A stretch of DNA of 63,831 bases, counting the filler, from Aduncisulcus paluster (lineage: Eukaryota): NCBI GenBank assembly GCA_024181965.1. It is 6 parts of 6 records of this genome, joined end to end, with 100 filler letters (N's around TTAATTAATTAA, not from the genome) between each part and the next. Parts side by side here need not be neighbours in the genome. Positions count along the whole stretch, not along the records: positions 44,713 to 57,889 come from BQXS01012326.1; 5 more parts are not named here. One strand, written 5' to 3'. The notes under the pieces were generated by a model, which ran no database searches, was not told the DNA's origin, and saw only the letters and a program-made list of their open reading frames with translations. Made by a program: the position numbers and the translations under genes. Positions 44,713 to 55,900 of this stretch are shown here, one piece after another. Numbering within the stretch: the stretch's first letter is position 1; the number at the start of each line of letters is the position of its first letter.

Positions 44713-47700
44713 ATCGTTCCACATGGTGGCAGACGTGACACTCTGACTACGGGTTCATTGTTAGCATCCGCACGGGGTCCTTCGTCTGCTCCCATGAGCA
44801 TTGATCTTGGTGAAGGATTCTCGATGTCTCATAGCAAACTTACTCTGATTCCCCATCAACCAACAACTATCACACTGTCATTCACTCCCCTTTCTCCCGA
44901 ATACCACTCCACAACGTTCTATCTGAGTGTGGGTGATATCGTTCGTGGTTGTGAATGCTCTGGTGAAGGTGGGATGAGTGTTATGGAATTTGTGAAAGTT
45001 GGAGATGGAAGGTTACTTACAACTGATGATATTGGACTATTTCATGGGAAACCTCAGGCCAAGATGAGAAAAGCTTCGGTTGTTTCAACATCTTCGGTTG
45101 CAACTTCACGACGGAGTAGTATCGTCCAAAACCGAAGACTTTCGGTTTCATCACAACACGGCGGAAGCCGAATGACCCATTCTTCACTCTCAAAGCCTCC
45201 GTCAAGATCCACTGTTCGATCGGTTGGCCGTTCTTCTTTTGATGTGAAGGCTTCAGATCTCTTGCACATGCTTACTGTCGTACGTCGCCAACAAAAGGAA
45301 CAGCGTTGGAAAGATAAGGTAGATTACGGTGAAGTCCAACAGCCCCAATCCTCTCAATCTCAACAAACCGGCGCATCGGACACTTCATACTTCCCTCGAT
45401 TATCCCATCTACTAACTCCCTTGCTCACAATCCAGAACAACATGGAAATCAACTTTGGTATGACTCTCGTGGGTAAGGTATCAGCCCACTACGTGTATCT
45501 TGTCAATGAAGGAGACCTACCTTGTCCTTTCATGTGTGTTCTCACCCACAGTGCACTGGGAGGACAATCGTTTGGATGCAGGGAAGAAGTCAAGGGTCGA
45601 CAGGTGCGAAACAATTCGTCATCCAATAACGCTAAAGTTAGCACCAAAATAACAAGAGCTGGACGCAGAGCAAGATCTCCTGGACTTTCTGTGCCCCAAA
45701 ATAAGATAATCCCCGATCAAAATGCTTTCACAATCACTCCTCGAGCTGGAATAGTTGCTTCAAGATCGTATACAATTCTAAAAATAGAATTTAATCCTCA
45801 AAATGATCTTTTGGCGAAGACTTCGATCGCTATTGTTGAACCTCAGTCCAGAACTGAAGAAAGTGCCCTTTATCTGAGTCGGAAAAGAGATGAAGACGAA
45901 GAAACTATCGTAAAGAACGAAGAGAAGAAACTCGAAGCCTTAAAAGAAAAGGAATTGGCACAAAAGGCCAAAGAATTGGAAGAAATATCTTCAAAGTTGG
46001 TTTCTGGCGAGAAAGGAAATTCTGATGCTGAAATTGTATCTCCTGAGAAACATGGAGATGGGACTTCCACGGAGAAATCCCAAACCTCCAAGGTTTCTTC
46101 ATCCTTGGTTGAAGCTTCTCACCCTGAAGACAAGAAGCTCCTTGATGTTATCAAAGCCAGTGATTCCAAAGACCCATTTGCTGTAAATTTATCTTTATCC
46201 TCAAATGGGACAACTGCAAGATCCACAATCTCCACTGCCACAATGAGTTCTATCTCCCCCTCTCTCGATCTGCATGATTATTCAGACACAAGCGATCTCC
46301 TGTCCACTTTATCTCTGTCTTTTAAAGGTGTTGGAGGAACTGGAATTCTTGTGGCCTCATTTTTCCATGAAACTGACACATCTGCTCGAGCGCTTGTCTT
46401 TGGAATTGTTCCAACACAAATCAGAACAGAACGAAGGTTTTCCTTGACCAATCGTGGATCTGTTCCTGTTACATATGCTGTTTCTGTGAATGCCAGCTGG
46501 CTTGTGGCTATCTGGGAGGATCCTGATACAATTCCCATTCACTTACCACAGGAATTATTCAGTGTTACTCATTCTCCTCTTTCTCAAAACTGGGATGGAA
46601 GTTCCTCAGAGGCTTCTTCAATGATTCTGAATCCCGGTGGATCTGTCATAATCTCCGTTCAGATTCAAGCTCAACATGAGGTTGAATATGAAGGAATGTT
46701 AACAATTAAATATGTTTCGCAGCCACACACACCCAATATTATAATTCCTCTCTCAGCAACAGGTGGAATCGTGCGTGTCGAAGCAGATAAGAAAGTCATC
46801 GATTTTGGTAGGGTTTGTGTTGGAAAAGAATACAAACGAGTTGTGAATATCACAAATTCTGGGACAATTGATCTTGATGTGTTGCCAATCTGGAGTATTC
46901 GAGGTTATTGTGAAATCAAACATTTTAGATCCCATGTCAACTTAAGTCGGAAGAAGAGGAAACTTTTATGGGATGAATTCCCTGTGGAAGGCGAAGAAGA
47001 GGAAGAAGAAGAGGAAGAGGACGATATGAAGAATATATTCCAACGACAGGGCCTCATGGGAGATCTTGAACAAATCGAGAAAGATGAGAAAGATGCTAAA
47101 AAAAGAATACCACGGGATGGGAAAGGCCTCTGGGGGAAACTACAGAAAATTGGGTCCAATCGATTGAAAAAGGCAAGAATTACTAGAACAGGAAAAGAAT
47201 TATGGAAAATATTGCGTTCTGTCGTATTAAGTATTGAGAGCAGACAACAACTGGATGTGATGGATAGACAAGAATTGTTGAAAAGGGAGAAGAAGGCTCT
47301 AAATATAGAAAAGAGTGAGAAACTTTGGAGTGATGGAGAGAAAGAACGTCACTCAGCTCGTGAGAAGAAAAGACTCCTTCAGGAAGCCAAATCAGATATA
47401 TCGAAGCCGGTTCTTCCTCCTCTTCCAATTGTGTCTGAAACCAATGAAGTCTCGGCGCCCATTTCTGTCTCAGAGACTGAGTCTCAGTCTTCAAAGCATA
47501 ATGTATCCGATTACATCACCTTTGGTCTTAAAAAAGCAATGACCAGGGCCTTATTGTTGAAACGACTCAAGAGTGTGGTCATTGGAGAAGAAGTGGAAGA
47601 AGAAACAACTGCCTATCTCCATGCACATCCTTCATTCGTGGCTCTTCTTGTTGGTAAATCGATGCAAATATCACTTACTGCTTGTTTCGAGAATCCTGGA

Positions 47701-50700
47701 GTTGTTGAAGGTAATTTTGTTCTCCATCCTTCGATTTTCAATGCCAAAAACCTTCAAATCCCATTCACGGCCACTGTGTTCACCAGTGGAATTGATGTTG
47801 ACTCGCTTTCTCCTCTTTCATTTGGACAAGTGGCCATTGGAGAGAGTAAGACTTTAATCAGGAAGTTTACAAACACTGGAACTTTGTCTGTTTCGTTCAA
47901 TACAAATCATAGAATACAAGGTCTGACTGTGACACCAAAGAGAGGATCATTAAAACCTGGGGAGAGTGTTCGTATTCATTTCTTATTCAGATCTGTCGCT
48001 GCGTCTGTCCAATCTGGCCATGTTGTCTTCTCGACTCCTTCACATTCACCGATATCACTGTTTGTCTATGGTGGAGGTGGTGTGAGTCATGTGATTTGTC
48101 CTTCCGAGTTCGATTGTGGTGAAGTATTCATTGGAAACATTGTCACACACAGCATTGTCATGTCAAATAGTGTATCTGCAAATGTCATGATAAATGCTAT
48201 TAGTTTAGAAGACAATCTGTCCTTTAGAAAAGCCAAGGGATGGCCAACGCTTCCTATCAATCTTGAAGCTGNNNNNNNNNNNNNNNNNNNNCCTTCAAAT
48301 CCCATTCACGGCCACCGTGTTCACCAGTGGAATTGATGTTGACTCGCTTTCTCCTCTTTCATTTGGACAAGTGGCCATTGGAGAGAGTAAGACTTTAATC
48401 AGGAAGTTTACAAACACTGGAACTTTGTCTGTTTCGTTCAATACAAATCATAGAATACAAGGTCTGACTGTGACACCAAAGAGAGGATCATTAAAACCTG
48501 GGGAGAGTGTTCGTCTTCATTTCTTATTCAGATCTGTCGCTGCGTCTGTCCAATCTGGCCATGTTGTCTTCTCGACTCCTTCACATTCACCGATATCACT
48601 GTTTGTCTATGGTGGAGGTGGTGTGAGTCATGTGATTTGTCCTTCCGAGTTCGATTGTGGTGAAGTATTCATTGGAAACATTGTCACACACAGCATTGTC
48701 ATGTCAAATAGTGGATCTGCAAATGTCATGATAAATGCTATTAGTTTAGAAGACAATCTGTCCTTTAGAAAAGCCAAGGGATGGCCAACGCTTCCTATCA
48801 ATCTTGAAGCTGATTCATCCTTAAGCATCCCCATTGTATTTGCTCCACAAGGAGAAACTATTCCACCCTGTCAACTCTTGATTACAACCTCTTCTTCCTT
48901 ACACGTTGTTCTACTCCGAGGGTCAGGCAGAGACGCTCTTGTCTCTGTTACCCCTTCCTCCCTCTTGCTGACAGCTGTGCACGTTGGAGCCGTGATGTTT
49001 TCGAACGTTGATGTGACCAATTCTGGAGACACTGGTGTGCAACTTCGATTCTTGTTGACCAAGGATTTATATAGTGATTTCTCCAAATTGAGCCTCAATG
49101 ATCCTGCTCAGAAAGAAATAATTGCTCAATTGAAGGAAGAACAGGCTGAAATCGAGGATTCTCTGTTCTTAAAGGTACAGCAAATCAGTGCCAGTCTTGG
49201 ACCTTTTGAAAAGAAAGAAGTCAAAATTAGGTTTTTTCCACAGAAATCCGTATCTTTTACACTTCGTCTTCTCGTTGTGTCATCCTTCATGTGCCATGAA
49301 ATTAGCGTTGCCATCGAGAGTGCTATCGTTTCCTTTAGTATGGACCAAACCATTGTTGATTTCGGACATTTATGTGTTGGAGATCGAACAGAACTGCAGA
49401 ACATCAATGTCTATAACAGTGGAACTGTGAAATTGCCGTTGATCCTTTCCGGTGTGAAGAAACCTTTCCATTCTCCCGTTTTCAAGAGAGTAGTTGACCC
49501 AAGCCAGCATGAAGACTTCAAGATTGGTGTATATGCTCCTCTTCTCAACAAACATACATTGCCAAGTAGACACGATGTGTCCATTCCTGGTATTTCTGAG
49601 CCATTATTCCGCATTGGAGAATGTACAGACGTCGTTACTGTTAAATCTGAGGTGCCAGGTATGTGTCATACTTTATTACTCAAGGTCCACATTTCATATC
49701 CTGCAATCTTGCTTGTGACCGATCGATATGTAGTCCGTTCAGAAAGCATACAACGTGCACGTAAACGAAGCCTCGGTATTGATCCGGACAGTCCCTCTGG
49801 AAATGATTTGATGGATCCCACACGAATGTTGAGCGATTTCAAGGGAAGAGTCATTTGGCCGAATGATGACATTGTTGATTTTGGTTATGTTTGTTTGGGT
49901 GAAAGCAAGGAATATGAGTGCACGTTGTTAAATATCGGAGTCATTGGAACCAAATGGAATGTTTTACCCATAAAATCTCTCACTATCTCTCCTCTCAGCG
50001 GGTATTTGACTCCTGAAGCTTCCTTGCTGGAATATAATGATCTTCAATATGACATTTCAGATCCATCTAAGGCATCTATTAGGATAAAATGGAAACCAAT
50101 TATCACTGGAAAGTTTAGAGAGGCTATTCTATTCACTTGCAATGCTGTGTGCATTCGAGTTGTCATTGAAGCAGAATGTGTGTTCCCTGAAATTGAAGCT
50201 GATAAATCTTTGTCACTTGTACACACTAAAGTACTCTCCACTGTTGTAAATATCGAAAACCCTTCGACTTTAATGCCCAAAATTGCCAGAATCCCTTCAG
50301 GAGAACAGGAAAAAAAATCATTTAGAATCAAGAATATGACACCCTCTCGCCTAAGGTTATCTTTGTCGTTATCTAAATCTGCCATCGGATTCTGTTTCCT
50401 CCATACTCCTCAAATCTCTATTCCGGCATTCTCATCTAAACGAGTCTTTGTTGCTCCCTTGCCACTTCCAAGCCCACCTTTGGAGATTGAGGAAAAATAT
50501 GAAGGAGAAGTTATCATAAAAGACAGTAATGGGAAAGTTAAGTTAGTTGCCTTGGAATGTTTGAATTATCTCACTTGCCTCTCCTTCAAGGATATTCATG
50601 TTTCATGTGGAGGTGTTGAGCTTGGTGAAGAACAAATCGTTGCACTCGAGCTAATCAGTGAAAGTGGAGCTGATTTGGATGTCTCCGTGGTGATCATTGA

Positions 50701-51142
50701 AGATATTGAGCAGAGAGAGGAGGGAGAGAAAGACCCTGAGTCTGATTCTGATGAAAACGAGGAGATTGTCAAAGTAGTTCCCTTGATTTATCATCGACTT
50801 GGGTGTATCGTGAAGAGTGAGAGTTCATTCACTATTCCTACGATGACATCTTCGATGGTACTGATTTCTATTCTTGGTGAAGGAGCTTTGGGGAATAGAA
50901 AGGCCATCGTTCAGGTCGAACATCGTGGATTTGTATGTTGTGAGTGTGCAATCACTTGGTCTGTTGTCAGCTATGAGTTTTCTGAGCTTGGAAGGGCTAT
51001 ATTTGATGATTGTTCATGTATTATTCCACATTACATGCCACCAGCTCCTTTCAGTGGATATTTCAGTATTGGTCAACCCAAAATATTCGAAATCGATGAG
51101 GAAATGGATAATCCTTCAGAATCTGATGATGATATTCTTTAA
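44713..51142 (+). CDS. Large multi-ASH (Ig-like) domain protein of the Hydin/CFAP47/CFAP65-like ciliary class; 5' truncated
   Basis: Repeated xDFGxVxxG...xNxG...P.G.L.P motifs (INFGMTLVG, IDFGRVCVG, LSFGQVAIG, VDFGHLCVG, VDFGYVCLG). Two ORFs join after collapsing the gap duplication. Confidence 0.8.
47751..48812. repeat. Gap-flanking overlap duplication (521 nt x2), assembly artefact
   Basis: 47751-48271 is repeated at 48292-48812 with three mismatches seen. Confidence 0.9.
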
Positions 51143-51274
51143 TTAATATTTTTTTATAGGATATTATTTAAATTATTGTGGTATTTCCCTGCATTTTGAT
51201 TATTTAACATACTTTTTCTGAAACTCGCGGATTTATATGTTTTTTATTTAATAAAAATTATATTTTAAAGCTAA

Positions 51275-51372
51275 GTATGTTTTTAATGAAAAATATTTGT
51301 GTTATTATATATTTTCTGTTATCGTAGATGGGTCCTCATTTTTTTTTCTTGGCGCCTTTAATTTCTTCGTAG
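51275..51372 (+). other. Probable 5'UTR intron, 98 nt
   Basis: GTATGT...TCGTAG ending 2 nt before ATG 51375. Same donor and size class as the other introns. Confidence 0.55.
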
Positions 51373-51374
51373 AT

Positions 51375-52889
51375 ATGCCTATGCCCAAGTTTGAAACTAA
51401 ATTTTCTGTTCATTCGCCAATTAGCCTTATTGAATATGATCGTGGAAAAAAGGAAGCTATAACATTAAACCCTTTTCCAATGTTGGGCTTGAACCCATCT
51501 GATGAACTTATTTTTGTTTCTGCAATTGGGGTTTTTCAAGGGGGGAAAAGCTTTTTATTAAGTAGACTTTGTGGATGCAATTTTAAAATTGGAAATTCAT
51601 TTGAACCTGAGACAGCAAACATCGAGATGTCTGAACCCATTTCTCTTCACAGTCTTGATCCAAGTATTCCCGCTGATTGTAACAAATATATTGTATTTAT
51701 TGATACTATTGGGATGGATGATTGTTCTGCTGGTGTGGAAATGATTCGTCGATGTTTATTCCCAGTTTTAGTCTTGTCCAACATTATTCTTATTAATTTT
51801 AGGGAAGCATCGGGGGCTTCAATTTCAGAAATGATTCAATTCGCTCTTTCAAATTCGAAAAAGCAAGAAATAAGTCCGGATCGTTACATTGCCATTGGAC
51901 GGAATACACCAATTGCTTTTGAAAAAAAAGTTCATTCAATATTAAAAGAACGGTTGGGAACAGCTTTTCCTGAGAACACTGATTTTTTCACTCTTCCTCA
52001 GCCTTCTTTCTGCCCCAAACCTGATATTCCATTTTCGACCCCAACAGCGGAATGGGAGAAGAAACTCAAGCAACTTCGTGTTCACATTGCTTCAATCGCT
52101 TTACATACCAAATTTACATTGACGATGCAAACAGCTTCCAAACTTATCAAGAAAACCTTCAAACTCGCACAGAAAGATGAGTTTTCTTCTGTATCCATTC
52201 TACCTCTATATAAACAAGCTCTTGTTGATATTCATTATGATTCCATGTGGAAATGGGTTAAAAAAGAGATTTCTACTATCCTTGAAAAATTTACAATCTC
52301 TTCTCAGATTATATTGGAGGAAGATCAGATCTTTGATTGTGTGGATAGATGGTGTGAAAAAGAATCATTACCATTGTCATATCTTGATTTTAATATGAAA
52401 TCCCTCATTAATAATGTCAAGCTTCAGGCCCAAAGATATAGAAAAGATCTTGAACTCGAAGAAGCGAAGAGAATAAGAAGAGAAGAGGAAGAGATGGCTG
52501 CACGAGAAAGAAAAAGACTCGAAGATGAGTTAGAAAAGGAGAAAAAAAGATCGGAAACCGAAATGCGTCAGCTTAGAAAGATTCATGAAGAGGAACTAAG
52601 GGAACGGGATCTCCGAGAAGAAGAACGAACAATGGCTTCATCGTCTCGGTATATGTCACCTTCTCCTCTTGGACAATTTTCCCAAGGTGGCCCAAGGTCA
52701 GATATTTTTGAGACTCCAGGATCAAGACATCCAGACTATGACCCCGAGAACCCTGCAAACCCGAAAGTTGGAACTAGGGTAGTGAGTGGGTGTATTGTAG
52801 ATCTGTTTGAAGGGGCACGTGGAGGTCATTATTATTATTCGCCTACCAAGGGCACTAAACAATATGTTAAGAAGTCACCTTTCGGATGA
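51375..52889 (+). CDS. Guanylate-binding protein/atlastin-like large GTPase with coiled coil and C-terminal PBCV basic-adaptor-like motif
   Basis: VSAIGVFQGGKSFLLSRL (G1), FKIGNSFEPETANI (G2), FIDTIG (G3), VLSNIILIN, an E/R/K-rich coiled coil, and terminal LFEGARGGHYYYSPTKGTKQYVK. Confidence 0.8.
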   Translation: MPMPKFETKFSVHSPISLIEYDRGKKEAITLNPFPMLGLNPSDELIFVSAIGVFQGGKSFLLSRLCGCNFKIGNSFEPETANIEMSEPISLHSLDPSIPADCNKYIVFIDTIGMDDCSAGVEMIRRCLFPVLVLSNIILINFREASGASISEMIQFALSNSKKQEISPDRYIAIGRNTPIAFEKKVHSILKERLGTAFPENTDFFTLPQPSFCPKPDIPFSTPTAEWEKKLKQLRVHIASIALHTKFTLTMQTASKLIKKTFKLAQKDEFSSVSILPLYKQALVDIHYDSMWKWVKKEISTILEKFTISSQIILEEDQIFDCVDRWCEKESLPLSYLDFNMKSLINNVKLQAQRYRKDLELEEAKRIRREEEEMAARERKRLEDELEKEKKRSETEMRQLRKIHEEELRERDLREEERTMASSSRYMSPSPLGQFSQGGPRSDIFETPGSRHPDYDPENPANPKVGTRVVSGCIVDLFEGARGGHYYYSPTKGTKQYVKKSPFG

Positions 52890-52946
52890 AAATTGTATTT
52901 TATTTCTGAATTCCTTAAATTCCAAATTAATATATATTATATATTA

Positions 52947-55900
52947 TTATTCGAGAAGGTCGAGAGGTTTTTTACCATATATCCAAAGAACGACGTTTGA
53001 ATCGAGCTGAAGGTCATCCAAATTGTATTTGCAGGAAGAAAACAAATGATTATACACCAATAAATGTTTCCTCTTTTTCCCTTTTGCATTAATTCCATAC
53101 CTTTCATAGACTTTGGTCTTCTCGGCTTCAGGTCTCTGCCGCAAGAATTCGTAGACTTCAAGTCGATCTTTCTCAATTTCCTTCTGACGTGTCTTCAGAG
53201 TTTCACTGGAACCGATCTGTTGAGAGGCAGGAGGGACAACTTTCTTGTGGTAGATCCTATTTGCTTCTTTTTGAGTGAAGACCTGGTCCGGTCTTGGTTT
53301 TGCAGAGGGCTCTGAGGGGTTTGGTGTTTCGGTTGAATCATCGGCCGGTGAGTCGGCTGGAGTATCGACTGGAGTATCGGTAGAAGTATCGGCTGTAATA
53401 CCGGCAGAGGTATCAACGACACCATCGGCAGAACCATCGGCAGAACCATCGGCAGAACCATCGGCAGAAGTGTCGGCAACAATTTCCTTCGATTCTTCCT
53501 CCTCCGATTCGATCATTATCTCTTCTTCAACATCTTCAATTTGATGTCCCTCGTGTTCTTCATCAACAGAGTCCTCTTCAGTTTCAGCACTGCCATCCGA
53601 TTGGTCGTCATAGAGTTCTTGCTTAATGCAAGTGCAAAGCATCCCAACTCCTCCTTTGATCTGCCTTATCTCACTCTTGGAAGAGGAAGAGGAAGAGGAA
53701 GAGGAAGAGGAAGAGGTTAAGAACATATTGACGAACATAGCGCGATACAGCAACTTCTTCCATCCTTTCGATGAATTCCAAGATTTAACAAGATCTGTGA
53801 GTTTGGAAGCAATAAAATCATACACAACGGTATCCAAAGTGATCTTTCTGCTTCTGTGTCCTCGTGCAAATCGTTGGAATAAAAGTGCTGCTCGCCGTTT
53901 CCTTTCAACGTCAGATCTCACACGTTTTCCAAGACCAGCGGCAGTCATTCGAGACTCAATAAAACGACAGGCCTGCATGTGTTTCCGACGCAAGGCAATA
54001 ATTCTCACAATCATACGCAGTCGGATGTACACAAGTCTCGCCTGACGTCTCTTGAAATTGGATTGCACTGCAATGATGGCTTGACGGATGGNNNNNNNNN
54101 NNNNNNNNNNNTCTGTGAGTTTGGAAGCAATAAAATCATACACACCGGTATCCAAAGTGATCTTTCTGCTTCTGTGTCCTCGTGCAAATCGTTGGAATAA
54201 AAGTGCTGCTCGCCGTTTCCTTTCAACGTCAGATCTCACACGTTTTCCAAGACCAGCGGCAGTCATTCGAGACTCAATAAAACGACAGGCCTGCATGTGT
54301 TTCCGACGCAAGGCAATAATTCTCACAATCATACGCAGTCGGATGTACACAAGTCTCGCCTGACGTCTCTTGAAATTGGATTGCACTGCAATGATGGCTT
54401 GACGGATGGCCAAATATTGTTTCCGGGATTGAAATGCACGGAAATTAGATTGGATAGTCGTTGCACTGGCATTCATTTTGCGTATTCTTGCTTGCACAAG
54501 GAACATACGACCGACAGATTGCAGAATCCTGACGGCATTTTTCTTTTTCGCGTATTCTTTAATCCCATTTTTGGCTCGAATCTGAGCTTGCATGAAACAT
54601 ATCAAGTTGTATTGCTTTTTGGCCTCTTGACGTCCTTTGGAACCTCTCCACACGCGTTGAATTGTGGAAACTGAATCTCGAATGTGCTGATAACGCCTTC
54701 TCGCAATGAATCCTCTGACAATGGCTTGAATTCTCCTTGCATAAATAACTGAAAGCTTGAATTCTGTACGTAAAACACGAGTCTGAACACACCTTTTGAT
54801 AAATGAAATCGCAGTTTGTCTATTTTTGGCTTCTTGGCGTCCCTTGAAACCTCTATAAACACGTTGGATTGTAAGAGATGCTGCTTTCACAGCAACATAA
54901 TCCTTTCTTGCTTTCCAACCTTTCACAAGGGCTTGGAGTTTCACGGCTGACTGTTTTTGCGACACAAACTCCTCTCGTTGGCATTTCCCACGATGGTAAG
55001 CTTGCATTGTGGCAGCTGCATTCTTAATGCGAAGGAATTCCCTGCGTTGCTTCGTTGATTGATATAATCTTTGCATCTGGCGCACTCGAAGACAGATATT
55101 CTTGAAGGATTTGTACCGAATGAGTCCTTTCCTCTTAATCTCGGCCAGTTTAACAGCAGTTTTGAGCCTATTGAACCGAGTTCTGGTCGTGTACCCACGA
55201 ACAAGGGCCTGGATCTGCAGAACGGCCTTGATAAAGATAATACTGGCATCACGAAGACTCAACACTGATGGAGGGAACATAAGGGAGTGGATCACAGCTC
55301 CTGGGAGACACGGTTGGTGGAGTTTATCATTCGAGAGTGCATGACGACTGCACCATAGTTTCTGGAAGGTCTTCCCTTCTTGGCCAATGAGGTGTTTGAA
55401 TAAAGATTGGTGACTTAAAAGCTCACACAAATACATTGGTTGGACATCGGAAGGATATGATTCAAGGAATGTTCGCATACTCAATGGGAATGTACGCCCA
55501 AGAAGCTCGTTAAGAGAGAGTGTTTGGAGGAAAGCAGACATACGTTCATCTGCTATCTTTTTAAATAGACTCGATGATGGCCCTGCAATCGCTGTTCTTG
55601 CCTGTAAATAAGCCAAATAAGATATTGGAAGAGGAAAAGAAGATGTCGCTTTGTTCCTCTCCTTTTCTTCGTATTTCACAAGCATTCTTGAGTTGGGCCT
55701 TGAGTGTTTTGAAGGAATAAGAGAGAATATATCCTTAGAGAAGAAAGATAAGTCAAATGTATTCAAGGGAGGGGTTTCAAGTGCAAGCGAGGAGAGATCT
55801 GGAAGAGTCTTTGAAGCTGCTCTCTTAGTAATCTCTTTGACAGCACCAGTTACAAGCGTAAGGACATACGAGGAATCGAGGCGATGCAAGGGGGACAAAA

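Noticed and set aside
53340..53480. Regular repeat resembling a CRISPR-like array
   Set aside because: No unique spacers. It is an in-frame 12-nt coding repeat in a eukaryotic gene.
18428..54409. Six 240-520 nt tandem duplications as real internal repeats or exon duplications
   Set aside because: Each straddles a 20-N gap, is near identical, and collapses to a seamless ORF. Mismatches are mostly T/G or A/C, compatible with sequencing error or allelic variation.
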